The position numbers and the translations under genes were made by a program. Positions 25,115 to 36,274 of a stretch of 64,000 nt of DNA are shown piece by piece (the stretch's first letter is position 1; every line of letters begins with the position of its first letter). The stretch is taken from NCBI GenBank assembly GCA_002104905.1, contig MCFE01000484.1:3858-67857 (forward strand). The letters are read 5' to 3'. This DNA is from Basidiobolus meristosporus CBS 931.73 (lineage: Eukaryota; Fungi; Basidiobolomycota). The notes beneath the pieces were generated by a model that was given only the letters and a program-made list of their open reading frames with translations, was not told the origin of the DNA and searched no databases.

Positions 25115-25433
25115 AGGGGGATCCCATCGACCCGAGTAGTCATAGTATCCCAGGACACAAGGTCCAGGCTTTAGTGTATCTCACGAGGTCACGGCTGATT
25201 GGAGGTTATGGGGTAACAGAAGCGGACGAACATTAGACTAGAGGATACCCAGCAAGCCCATCTCCATGTGACACCGTGGGGTGACCTTAAAATCTTGGTC
25301 GGACACCGGTTTGGAATCGACCAGGGAAACGCTTTAAAACGGGGTTGGGGGATGGAGGGGACTCGATATCGCCATTCACTTGGTCAGCCTGGAGGGTCGG
25401 AAATCCTCCTCCTCCCCGGAATCACCGCCTCCC

Positions 25434-25967
25434 ATGGAACTTTGCGGTAAAGATGGCCTGAAGCCGGACTCGACCGGGCATGAGCAACGCCCACGGATCA
25501 AATCCTTCGCCAGTCTACAGAGCGCCGACCTACCGGTCTCGGCGGACGATGAGCCGCTGCTCGAGACCCTAGGGGAGCATCGGGTGGAACAGATGGTGGA
25601 ACTCTTCTACAACTACAACCTCAGGGATGAGGTCACCCGTGGCTTCTTCCAAGGGGTGAACATCGAGAGGTTGCAGCGGATGCAGACCCGCTTCCTGGTC
25701 CACATCCTGGGCGGCCACCCGATGAACACCGGAAAGATGCGTTCCGCGCACAAACGCTTGCTGGACCTCGGGGACGTCCATTTCGACGCCTTCCTCGCCA
25801 ACATCCATCGCGCCTGTCACGAGCTGAAGTTCGCCCCCAAGGTGACCCACCGGATCATGACCTCCGCCGAGGCCACCCGGGCCGACGTCCTCGGCAAGAA
25901 CCCCTACCTGAAGTTGAAAAGCTCCCGGCAATGCCTCAAAGATCACGAATCCACCGTGTCCCGTTGA
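25434..25967 (+). CDS. Group I truncated (2/2) haemoglobin with N-terminal extension, intronless
   Basis: LETLGEHRVEQMVELFY (B9-B10 FY), RGFF (CD1 Phe), RLQRMQTRFL (E11 Gln), LGG, MRSAH (F8 His), HFDAF, STRADVL-like end; start codon uncertain. Confidence 0.85.
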   Translation: MELCGKDGLKPDSTGHEQRPRIKSFASLQSADLPVSADDEPLLETLGEHRVEQMVELFYNYNLRDEVTRGFFQGVNIERLQRMQTRFLVHILGGHPMNTGKMRSAHKRLLDLGDVHFDAFLANIHRACHELKFAPKVTHRIMTSAEATRADVLGKNPYLKLKSSRQCLKDHESTVSR

Positions 25968-27419
25968 CCCTCGGCGGTCCCCTGCCCCACTTGACCCAAC
26001 CCCCACCCCAACCGCCCCTTCTTTCCCCGCCCGCATCCTGCGTTGCCGTGTAGATTGCGAACACCCCCTCCCCACTCGCACCCGACCGTTTGATTCCTGG
26101 TGGCTCGTAGGAGCCCCTCGTTGCATCGAATCTCTTCCAGCTCTTCTTCCAGGTAACGCACCCAACCGGGCAAATCTCCCACGAACACCCTCCCCCAACC
26201 GGGATGCCCGAGCGGTCCCAGCCAGCCGAATCGGGGCCGGTGTCAGCGGCCGGGTCCGCGTCCCCACCCCCACCCTCACCCTCGTCCACGTTCACATCAC
26301 CTTTGGCCAAACCAGGCTTCTAGTCTAGTCTCGGTCGAACGCATTCAGTACACAACCCTACGGTTCGTAATAAAGTTCTTTGCCCCGTAAATTCTGTCCC
26401 TGATCTTTCACCAGGTGTTGCGGGAGGTCGATGGTCGTGTCGTGTCGTGGCGTGGTGGGTGCTTGCCCATATAGGTTATCGGGGGGGGGAGTTGAAGATT
26501 CGGGGAGATCCTCATCGGTGGTTCAAAAAGGAGAAGGAGGTAGTAGGGCGGAGACGGGGACGAGGGCGGGAGCGGGAGCGGGAGCGACAACAGGAGAAGC
26601 TGGTGGTACCGCGTGTGTCCATCCGAGAATCGTGCGCTGGAAACCCGATCGGATCAAGGGGATCTGTTGGTGTCAGGTCGCCTTCCAGTCCATCTCCAGT
26701 GACTTCTCAAGTCTGAGCCTGTAGACGTCGGATTGCCCATTTTCCAAGCCCAAACTCCGGCCCAACCGGAAGCTCAAACCCAATCTCTCGGGATCCTGGT
26801 GCCGGATTAGGGGAGGCTGACGTCCGTGCGGTGGACCCGGGAAGGACGCTGGCCCAGACCCCATGGAGTCCATCGGGTGGACTGGTGGGTGCTCTGCAAA
26901 GTCGTGCCCCACCCACACCAGACGCGCTATCCCCATTGGTTTGGCGCTCAAGGTTTCACCGGGACTCGGTGGGTTCATGGTCGTCCTCATCCCCTCCAGC
27001 GGGAATGCTCATCCATTGGTTAAACGGCTTTGGCACAATCTTGGCATGTATTGAATGTTCCTATGATGGTGTCTTGACAAAGGTCCATGTACCACACCCC
27101 ACACCCCATGCTTCATATACATTACATGCTACCAGCATCCTAGGAGCCCACCATCAAGCATAGCCCTGTTCACTAACATTGGGAGAACAGGTAGATTGTG
27201 TGGCTTTCACCCAACAATTCATTGAATGTCCAAGTGGTATTTGTGCTTTCACATGGTCCAGGCAAGGCAACCATGTAGAATATGTTCAGGAAGCTCCCAA
27301 GAGCATGCAAGCAAACCTTGGGGGCCTTTCAACAACTTTGAGGATTTTCATGTCCAGTGTACCTGATATTCTGGTGAAAGGTTCAAGGTGAATCCCATTC
27401 CAGAATCAGGGCTATGTAC

Positions 27420-29070
27420 TCAAAGGTTCCTAGGCCACAATCCAAGTGACTAAGCCAAGTGAATGTTTAGGAGTGATCACAAAATTTTCAACACCATGCC
27501 ACTTGCAATTCCTGAATGGGGAGCTTCTTGAGGATGTGTATATGGTTCAACCTTATGGGGTTGTTGACAAACATAGCCCCCATTTGGTCTGCAAGCTCCA
27601 AAAGTCCCTATGCAGCCTCAAACAATCCCCAAGACCTTGGAATGCAGGAGAGACTCTTATTTGATGCCACCAAGTCTCCAGAGTTGCTCTCAACTGTTTC
27701 AATTTTGTAATCACACCTAAATATTCATTTGACTTATTCACTTAGATCATAGTCTGCAATGCTCAGAGAACTCTTGCCAAGCTCCTTTTTGGAACATGCC
27801 TAGAGTATATTACCAGAATATCAGGTACCCTGGAAATGAAGGATTGCCAAGTTGTCCCAACTGCCCCAAACTTTGCACACATTTTTTGGGACATTTCAGG
27901 GCATGTTTGGTGTTAGTTGTGCCAAAGCCATGTAAAAGTGCATGTGTTGCATTTGCATACAGTAAATTATCCAGTGAAAGCTCCCATAAGTACTGCGGAG
28001 ATGTCAGAGGTGATCTTGAATCCAAGCAGATTATGTCGCTTTTGTTGTATGAGTTTTGGAGATATTAAGAGTATTTAGGAGAACCAGTAGATTATGCATT
28101 TATTACTTAATGACTTATTGAATGTAAAAGTGGTATTTATACTTTCATGTGATCTTGGCAGAATAAGCATGAGCAATATGCTTAGGAAGGTCCCAAGTGC
28201 TGCAATATTCTGAGGAGTATTGGAAGTGATGTGGAGAACTAGAGGATTTACATGTTATTCACTTTTAAATTTATTGATCAAAGGTATGGTATTTATACTT
28301 TTGATAACATAGAGCATGCAGATGAGTAAAGTTTGTTAAGGTAGGTCCCTAGAGTATGTGTGCAAAGTTTGGGGGCTTTTGGATAACTTTGAGAAAGATT
28401 ATAATCTGTACCTGATAATCTGGTGTAAATATTCTAAGTAATACTCAACAAGATATTTGTTCAGGACAGAATGCTAATCAAAGAATAAGATTTATGTGAC
28501 CATGCTTGCATGAATATTTAGGTGACAACTGTTGTAAAAATTTGTATTTCCACCTAAATATTCACCTGACTTAGTCACTTAGATCATTACCTTCAAATCG
28601 TAGAGAATACTGACCAAATTCCTTGTTGGGATTTACTTAGAATATTTACCCAGAACATGAAAATTCTCAAAGTTGCCCAAACAGCCCCAAACTTTGCGCA
28701 CATGCTCTTGGGACCTTCCTTAACCTATTCTACATGTTTGTAATGCTAAGACCAGGTAAAAGTATAAATACTACTTTTACATTCAATAAATCATTAAGTG
28801 AAAACCACATAATCTACTTGTTCTCCCAATCACTTCCAATATCTCCAAAACTCTTACAACAACAACTTGTTAATTACAAGACCAAGAGCATGTGCGCAAA
28901 GCTTGAGTCTGTTTTGACAGCTTTGAGAAATTTCATGCTTTTGCGCATAATGTTTTGGTGAGAATATCCTAATTTAATCAAAACAAGGAGTTTGGTCAGA
29001 ATTCTCAAATATTTGTAGGTAATGATCCAAGTGACTAAGTTATGTGAGTATTTAGGTGCAATTACAAGTC
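27420..29070. mobile_element. Cluster of related MITE-like elements / imperfect nested palindromes
   Basis: Arm motif TTGTA..CACCTAAATATTCA..GACTTAGTCACTT.GATCAT recurs in both orientations (about 27430-27490, 27705-27900, 28330-28530, 28545-28730, 28870-29065); 28040-28145 is inverted at 28757-28865. Confidence 0.6.
27490..27645 (+). pseudogene. Ty1/copia reverse-transcriptase fragment
   Basis: [45 protein letters not shown] resembles the copia RT block LNG.L.E..YM.QP.G..VCKL.K.LYGLKQAPRAW. Confidence 0.75.
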
Positions 29071-29259
29071 TTTACATCACTCCAACTCTACCAAATACCC
29101 AAATCAACTAGTCCTAATAGCTATCTGGGATATTCAGTTTTGTCTGCAGTCATTTCATCTGTATGACAGTTAACTACTCTAGCTAAGTGCTCTACTATAG
29201 CCTCACATGAAGTAATGTCTTATATCCATATGCCAAGTTCTAGCATAAAAAGCTGAATC

Positions 29260-29600
29260 TCTACCTTATGGCACTGCAAGGTATAGCACTTCATCTGCCA
29301 GTCTTTGTAATAAATCCTTGCAATATTCAAGCATATATTCTTGAGCACTGCTCTTGAAGAAGTTTTGCAATCTTATAGTATTCCTATTAATGCACCAAAA
29401 TTCCACTGTAATCAATTCAATAGTCTTTTGAGTTCTTGATGTTGTTGCTTTGTCTCTCAGTGGAATCTCCACTCTGTCAACAATGGAGGACATGAAGGCT
29501 GTGGTAGACAAATTGCCTTTCTCTGCAGTTCATCTACCTCACTGGAGTGTAGCTCAACTGGCTGCATGTCCAAGTCTTGTGAGAATAGCAGATGCCTTCT
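29260..29600 (-). pseudogene. Fragment of repeated TE-associated accessory ORF
   Basis: Reverse-complement homologue of about 30920..31255 (LQNFFKSSAQ..YC.DLLQRLADEVL.LAV). Confidence 0.6.
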
Positions 29601-29689
29601 CTGTATATTTTCTTTGCAATTATAGATCTCTGCAGAGCTGCAAACTGACCACAATGCCCAGTCAAATACAAATGCAACAGATGCAGTAC

Positions 29690-31740
29690 CTCCGGTGAAA
29701 GACCAGCAAATGACAATCATGACACCACCATCACTATTGTTAGCAGGTATTATGTTGGTTCCTATCAAAGTAGTGATGGGACAATTGGGTGCAGTTGCTG
29801 ATAGGATATATGCAATGGCCCAGAGAAATTAGGAAATAGACCAGAAACAGGATGAGCAGACAAAAGGTGTAGAGCAATCAATAACTCAGGTAAAGAAAGC
29901 AGTATCTTTCCTGCAAAGAAGAAACTTGAGTAGCTCCATGTCACAGCCAAGAATTGAGCCATTTCCCAGTGTAACAGTAGAGGAACACCATATAGTCTCT
30001 GAGGCACAACAACAGTGCCCAAAGATAAAGCACACAGAAATACCTATCAAAGCATGGGAGAGAGAAAATGAAGTATTTATACCACAGCCTAAAAATCAAA
30101 AGACACTGAAGATCTGTGAAGCTGCTCAGTGCAATGCTAACAAGTGGGCTAATATTGAGAGGCTGTTAAAAGTCTGGCATGTCAACACCTTAGGGCCTGC
30201 ATTTCCATGGGACTATCAGGAACTTAAGGCCAAGCAGAGTGTGCTTTAGTTGTTCCATGAGCATTATTCTGGATTCAGGCAAGAAAACTGATTTTAGGCT
30301 AGCATTGGTATGCTAAGAAAGTATCTCAAGAGTAGCAGAGACTATCAGAGGCAGAATAACAACAGAGCAATGGCCAAAAACCAGTAGCTTCCTCAAGAGC
30401 CTGTTACAAGCAGTGCCAAAAGCTCCAAGCAAGCATCAAGGAGATATCAGGTAGCTGGAAAGGTGCTGATAAGGGAAAAGCAGGCAGACACAGATGCACC
30501 TGCACATCATTTATCAAGGAAAAAGCATAGTTCCACTCAAGAGGTGCTCAGTCAAAGTAGCAGTGAAGGCCCTGGCAGTAATAAAAACCAGTGGCTACCC
30601 TAGGAGATCATCACACCATGAGCTGAGAGCTTGAAACAAGCAGGAAAAAAGCATTAGTGCTCCCACAGAGTGCCTGCAAGGGACAAGCAGGCCAAAAAGA
30701 TGCATCAGAGCAGCATTTATCAAGGAGAAAATGTAGTTCAATAAAAGAAGTACTCAGATAGATTAGCAGTGAATGACCTGGCAGTGATGAAAGACAAGGA
30801 AAGGGAAAAAAGTCTACCCAAGCCAGAGATAGGGAAGCACAAGAAAGAAGCTGCAGTTCTTGCCAATTAATGCCAAAAGCTTGGAACTGACTGAATCCCA
30901 TCATAGCCAAATTACCAACACAAAAACAGCTGCTTTCACAAGAGTTGGAAGCACCAACAGTTGAGCTAAACACTAGTGAGGTAGATGAGTTTGCAGAGAA
31001 TGGCAGTTTGTCTACCACAGCCTCCACATCCTCCATTGTTGACAGAGTGGAGATCCCACTGACAGAGAAAGCAACAATGTTAAGAACTCAAAAGGTTGTT
31101 GTAATGCCTTCAGTGGAGTTTTGGAACATTAATAGGCACACCTAGAGGTTGCAGAACTTCTTCAAGAGCAGTGCTCAAGGAAATGCACTTGAATATTGCA
31201 TGGATTTATTGCAAAGACTAGCAGATGAGGTGCTAGACCTTGCAGTGCAAGCTGAAGACCATGATGTATGGAAACCAGTGAATGAACAGTGGTATAAAGC
31301 TGTGGGTTTCCTGCCAAAGTCATGGATACAGAGTATTACAGCAGAAATACTCACTGGGTGATGGATTTTAATGAAGTTACTTGTTGAGTGTGGGGTTGGG
31401 CTTAATATTAGTGTAGGGTATAGGGACTTGTATAGGCCAAAACAATATGGCAATTGAGGTACAACTGAAGTTTCAAATCAAATAAATCAATTTGTATGCA
31501 TGAAGAGTGAGAGAAATAATTGAGTCAGGAAGTAAGGAGAGTGAAAAGAGGCAATAGCCAGCCAATGCACACAAATGTTGGAGGTGCTAGAGTGTCCAGG
31601 AACAGAAAGTGAGAAAATTGGCAGCAAACCAATCAAAAGCCACTTTTGTTTTGTTGTGATGAAAAATTTTGACCAAGTTTTTTGTGAAATCTGGGGAGCA
31701 ATTATTTTTGGCAGTCTTTGCATGGTGTCCTGATACAGTC
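29690..31740 (+). pseudogene. Decayed accessory ORF of a probable CACTA-like element, copy in + orientation
   Basis: Stop-riddled reading frame homologous to the inverted copy at 33240..36040. Confidence 0.55.
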
Positions 31741-31929
31741 AATATCATTTAGTCTTGGGACTTTAAATTTGTGACAGCCTTTTGACAGGATTGTCACAAT
31801 GATAATTCATAAGGATTTCTTATTGTGATGAATTATTTTGCTCAAGTTTCTTGTAAAATTTGGGGTGCAGTTTTTTAACTGACTTTGCCCAATGTCCTGA
31901 CAGGATCAAGTCACTAGTCATGAGATTCT

Positions 31930-33180
31930 AATTTGGCAATTGCCTTTGGACAAGCTCATCACAGTTATTTTTCATAGGGCATGCTGGCTACTGATTATCA
32001 TCAACCTGAATCTGCTGCCAATCTTGCAGTGTCAGAGCAGAAATCTGATTGTAGTATCACTAATACATGGGCCTAAATCAGCATTCATTATGGATAGCTT
32101 CCTGTATGCATTGTGGGATGAATCTTGTGTGCTATTCAGCAGGGTACTAGTAAATAACTGCCATGTCAGATCACATAAAATTATCTGCATTGAAGATACC
32201 CTAGCCATCAGCAAGATAGCTGTTTTTTCTGGGCACAGCAAAGTGTAATGCTGTCAAATGCGCACAATCTAAGGGACTTACTCCATACCCCACTCATATT
32301 ATTATTATCCAAATACCAATACAAAGTATATCATCTTCCCACAGAGAGAACATTCAGAAGTCAGCATGCAATTGCACCAAATCTGGCAAGATACAAGCAC
32401 TAGCCAGAGTATGGATTTAATTAAGAATGGGAGATACTAAAGACAGAGAGAACTGTGGGAGCAAATGCTTTCTGCTAAGAGAAATATATTTGATCTTCAA
32501 TAATATCCCTATACTAGTGACCAAGGTTTGCATGAGGCACTTCAGGTTGAATGTGCTCTTTGAGATACCAGAGAAATTGAACAAACTGAAAAGATATTAC
32601 AGAGTATTTACTACCCAAACTACTTCTCACAAGCTCCAATCTATATTCTTACACATATGATACAATACAAACACAAGGACTGGAGTAATTGGATACATAT
32701 TATTTCAAATGTCCTTCTGAAACAATCTCTACACAGAGTATATTGAAAGCATTTGAAGTCACATGGCAACATTGTAGGAATACTTATTCAGAAGCAAATC
32801 ACCAATGCCAATTTGGTATATTTATAGCTTTTACGCAAGGGACTTGTGATGGGACCTGAGCAGCTATACTAAAAGCATAAAGCTGAATACAAATATCTCT
32901 GCCACTACTGTGTCCATTCTCTACTCAATCTTGCTTGGTGTGTGGAGAATATTGGACCTTGCTCCACCTTACAGGAGTTTTCATTGGCACAGAAGTGTAG
33001 GGGGACAGCAAGATAAGTCAAGTGATAAGTACTATTATATCTCAGTCTCATCAAAAATATAACCTTCAACTTTGTCTTGGATGTTGCAAGTTGACCTATG
33101 GAGGACAGCCAGAATGAGTTGGAAAATACTGAGTACAGATGTCCACAAGGAGACACATTTGCCCTATGAAATATTATTGA
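31930..33180 (+). pseudogene. CACTA/EnSpm-like transposase remnant (partial)
   Basis: CWLLIIINLNLLPILQCQSRNLIVVSLIHGPKS..MDSFLYALWDE matches the Tnp2-type NLPP..R....N......GPK.P..D..L.PL.DE block; homologous to about 42230..43400. Confidence 0.65.
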
Positions 33181-33239
33181 AATAATCCCATCAAAAGGCC
33201 ATCACAAGGTTAAAGTCCTGTGATTAAGAGGTACTGATC

Positions 33240-36200
33240 CTGTCAGGACACTGTCCAGAGACTGTTGAAAAATAATTGCACCCATATTTCACAAAAAACT
33301 TGGTAAAAATTTTTCATCACAACAATACAAAAGCGGCTTGTGATTGGTTCCCTGCCAATTTGCTCACTTTCTGATCCTGGACACACTATTGCCTCCTACA
33401 TTTGTGTGCATTGATTGGCTATTGCCTCTTTTTCACACTCCTTACTTCCTGATGCAACTGTTTCTCTTACTTTGCATGCATACAAATTGATTTATTTCTG
33501 TTAAAACTTCAGTTGTACCTCAATTGCTAATTGTATTGACCTATACAAGTCCACATACCCTACACTAACATTAAGCCCAACCCCACACTTCACAAGTAAC
33601 TCCATTATAACTTGCCACTCAACAAGTATTTCTGCTGTAACACTCTGGTTCCACAACTTTGGCTGGAACCCAACAGCTTTATGCCACAGTTCATTCACTG
33701 GTTCCCACACATCCTGGTCTTCAGCTTGCACTGCAAGGTCCAGCATCTCATCTGCCAGTCTTTGCAATAAATCCTTTCAATATTCCAGTGCGTTTTCTTG
33801 AGCACTGCTCTTGAAGAAGTGCTGCAACCTCTTGGTGTGCCTATTAATGTTCCAAAACTCCACTGGAGCCATTGTGATAGTCTTTTGAGCTAGGAATACT
33901 TGGGTTCTGTCTCTAATCAAATGTGATGGGGAATAAGGACAAAAGTTTGTCAAGGGAAAACTTTTGAGCTACAATCTCCAAATTAGTTGGCATTGTGACA
34001 AAAGTATGTGCTGGGTTCAGCATCCTTTGAGATGACAATGTACTAAAGCTTCCAAAGTCAAAACAACTGGAAACTCCTCAAGCAGGGACTTGATAAGAAT
34101 ACAGCTGTGGTCAATAGTTGCAAAGACAGAAAAGTATCTTTGCCTGTGCAAGAACAAACTTGGCAAAGAATCAAATATAATAAAAGATACCTACTCTGAG
34201 TATTCCTCACAAGTAGCACCTCTAAGGTCAGTTGGCTGTCAGCGCAGTTTCCTGGGAGTGTCCTGTGGTCTGGGGTTGGAAGTTCAGGTGGCAGCAGGTA
34301 GCAGTGATTACACTAATCAACAGGTTGGTATATTGATAAAAGGGATGATGATTATTGTTGAGGGATTGCCTCCATTATATACTTTTCTTACTGACTAAGT
34401 CATTACTAATCATGGTGTTCCAGAAGGTTCCAGATATCAATAGAGATCTTAATGACATCAGAATGACCTAAGAATGCTCTAAGTATGTGCTGGAAGGTTC
34501 CAAGAGGCACAGCACACCCAAACAATCAGGAATTGGTATTATGAAACCTGTGTAACATAGGGATACCATATATGGTATGGAGATGGTAGGAATGGTGACA
34601 CAGATTGGTCATCTGTCACAGGTGCTGGCGTGGGTACTTGCCTAATATAGAAGTACTTGTAGCTAGTAATCTTACATAAAGCAAGGGATAACTTATGCAA
34701 TAAGGTACGCAGCTGTGATAGTTGGCCAGTTTATGGGATAGTACTGATCAAGTAAGACAAATGGTATAACACTAAAATAAGAGTAGTAGAGAAATAGGGA
34801 AGTAGAAAATATAGGAATGAGCACATCTGTCAGTGGGTGTCACTGTGACCCCACTACAGTGGCAGTTAATTGGCAAAAACTGCAGTGTTTTTTGCATGCC
34901 TCCCTGTCTCAGGCTTGGGTAGTCATTTTCCCTTTACCTTTTCCTTTATTACTGCCAGATCTTTCACTGCTACTTTGTCTGAGTGCTTCTTGTAAAGAAC
35001 TACATTTTCTCCTTGATAAATTCTGCTCTGACCCATCTGTTTTGGCCTGCTTGTCCCTTGCTGGCACTCTTCTGGCAACCTGAAGTTTCTTTTCCGCTTA
35101 TTTTGAGCTCTCAACTGTAGTTGTCACAGGTTCCTGTAAAAGCTGCTGGTTTATATCACTGCCAGGTCCTTCACTGTTACTTTGACTGGGTGCTTCTTGA
35201 GTGGTACTATGCTCTTTCCTTGATAAATGTGGTGCTGGTAAATCCATGTCTGCCTGCTTGTCCCTAATTGACACTCTTCCAGCTACCTGATGTCTCTTTG
35301 ATGCTTGTCTGGAGCTTTTGGCCCTTCTTGTAACAGGCTCTTGAGGAAGCTGCTAATTTTTAGCCATGGCACCCTTGTTCTTCTGCCTTTGATAGTTTCT
35401 GCTCTTCTTAAGATACTTTTTTAGCATACCAATGCTGGCCCAAAATCCACTTGCCCATTTGAATCCAGGATAATGCTCATGGAGACAGTCAAGTGCATTC
35501 TGCATGGCCTTGAGTTCCTGATGGTCCCATGGTATGCCAGCCTTGAGGTGATGGCATGCTAGACTTCTGACAACCTCTTGAATATTGGCCCACTTTTCAT
35601 TATTGGACTCAATGGCTTCATGGATCTTTAAGGTCTTTTGACTTTTAGGCTGTGGCATAAACACCACATTGTTGCCCTCCCACACTCTGATAGCTTTTTC
35701 TGTGGGCTTTATCTTTGGGCACTGTTATTGTGCTTCAGAGATTATATGGTGTTCCTCTGTTGTTACATTGGGAAATGACTCAATTCTTGGCTGCAACATT
35801 GAGCTACTTGAGTTCCTTCTGTGCAGCAAAGGTACTGCTTTCTCTACCTGAGATATTGATTGCTCTACATGTATTATCCACCTATCCTGTTTCTGCACTA
35901 TTTCCTGCTTTCTCTGGGCCATTGCATCTATTCTATCAGCCACTGCACCTAATTGCTTCATTAATGCTTTGGTATGAGCTGACAACATACTTGCTAATAT
36001 GGGTGGTGGTGATGTTATGACAGCTGCTTGCTGCTCTTCAACTGAGGGTACTGCATTTGCTACATTCTCATTTGCCTGAGCATAACAGTCAGCTTGTGGC
36101 TCTACAGAGGTTCTCAAATGCCTACTTGACTGAGAGCCTGTGGAGTCTGCATTGTTACCTTTAATGGGCACACTTTCCACAGAATCTTTTTTGGATGTTT
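33240..36200 (-). pseudogene. Decayed accessory ORF of a probable CACTA-like element, copy in - orientation (interrupted about 33890..34830)
   Basis: ORFs 35725..36180, 35353..35685 and 33501..33767 mirror the + copy at 29690..31740. Confidence 0.55.
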
Positions 36201-36274
36201 TGCCTGGCTTGTTGCACTGAATGTCAAAGCAAGCTGTTGTCCAACTGTTCTTCTGTTGCCATCAATGTTGGGGT

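Noticed and set aside
24679-25236. Several 70-120 aa ORFs and (GGAAT)n at 24792..24817
   Set aside because: No recognisable protein; GC-rich DNA yields ORFs by chance, and the microsatellite is short
25569-26990. ORFs 25569..26279 and 26673..26990 on the minus strand
   Set aside because: Antisense to the globin or low-complexity GC-rich sequence; no motif support
33911-34825. Apparent 915-bp insertion with TCTGT target duplication
   Set aside because: Flanks do not rejoin cleanly against the + strand copy and termini are not TG..CA or TIR; the TSD is probably coincidental
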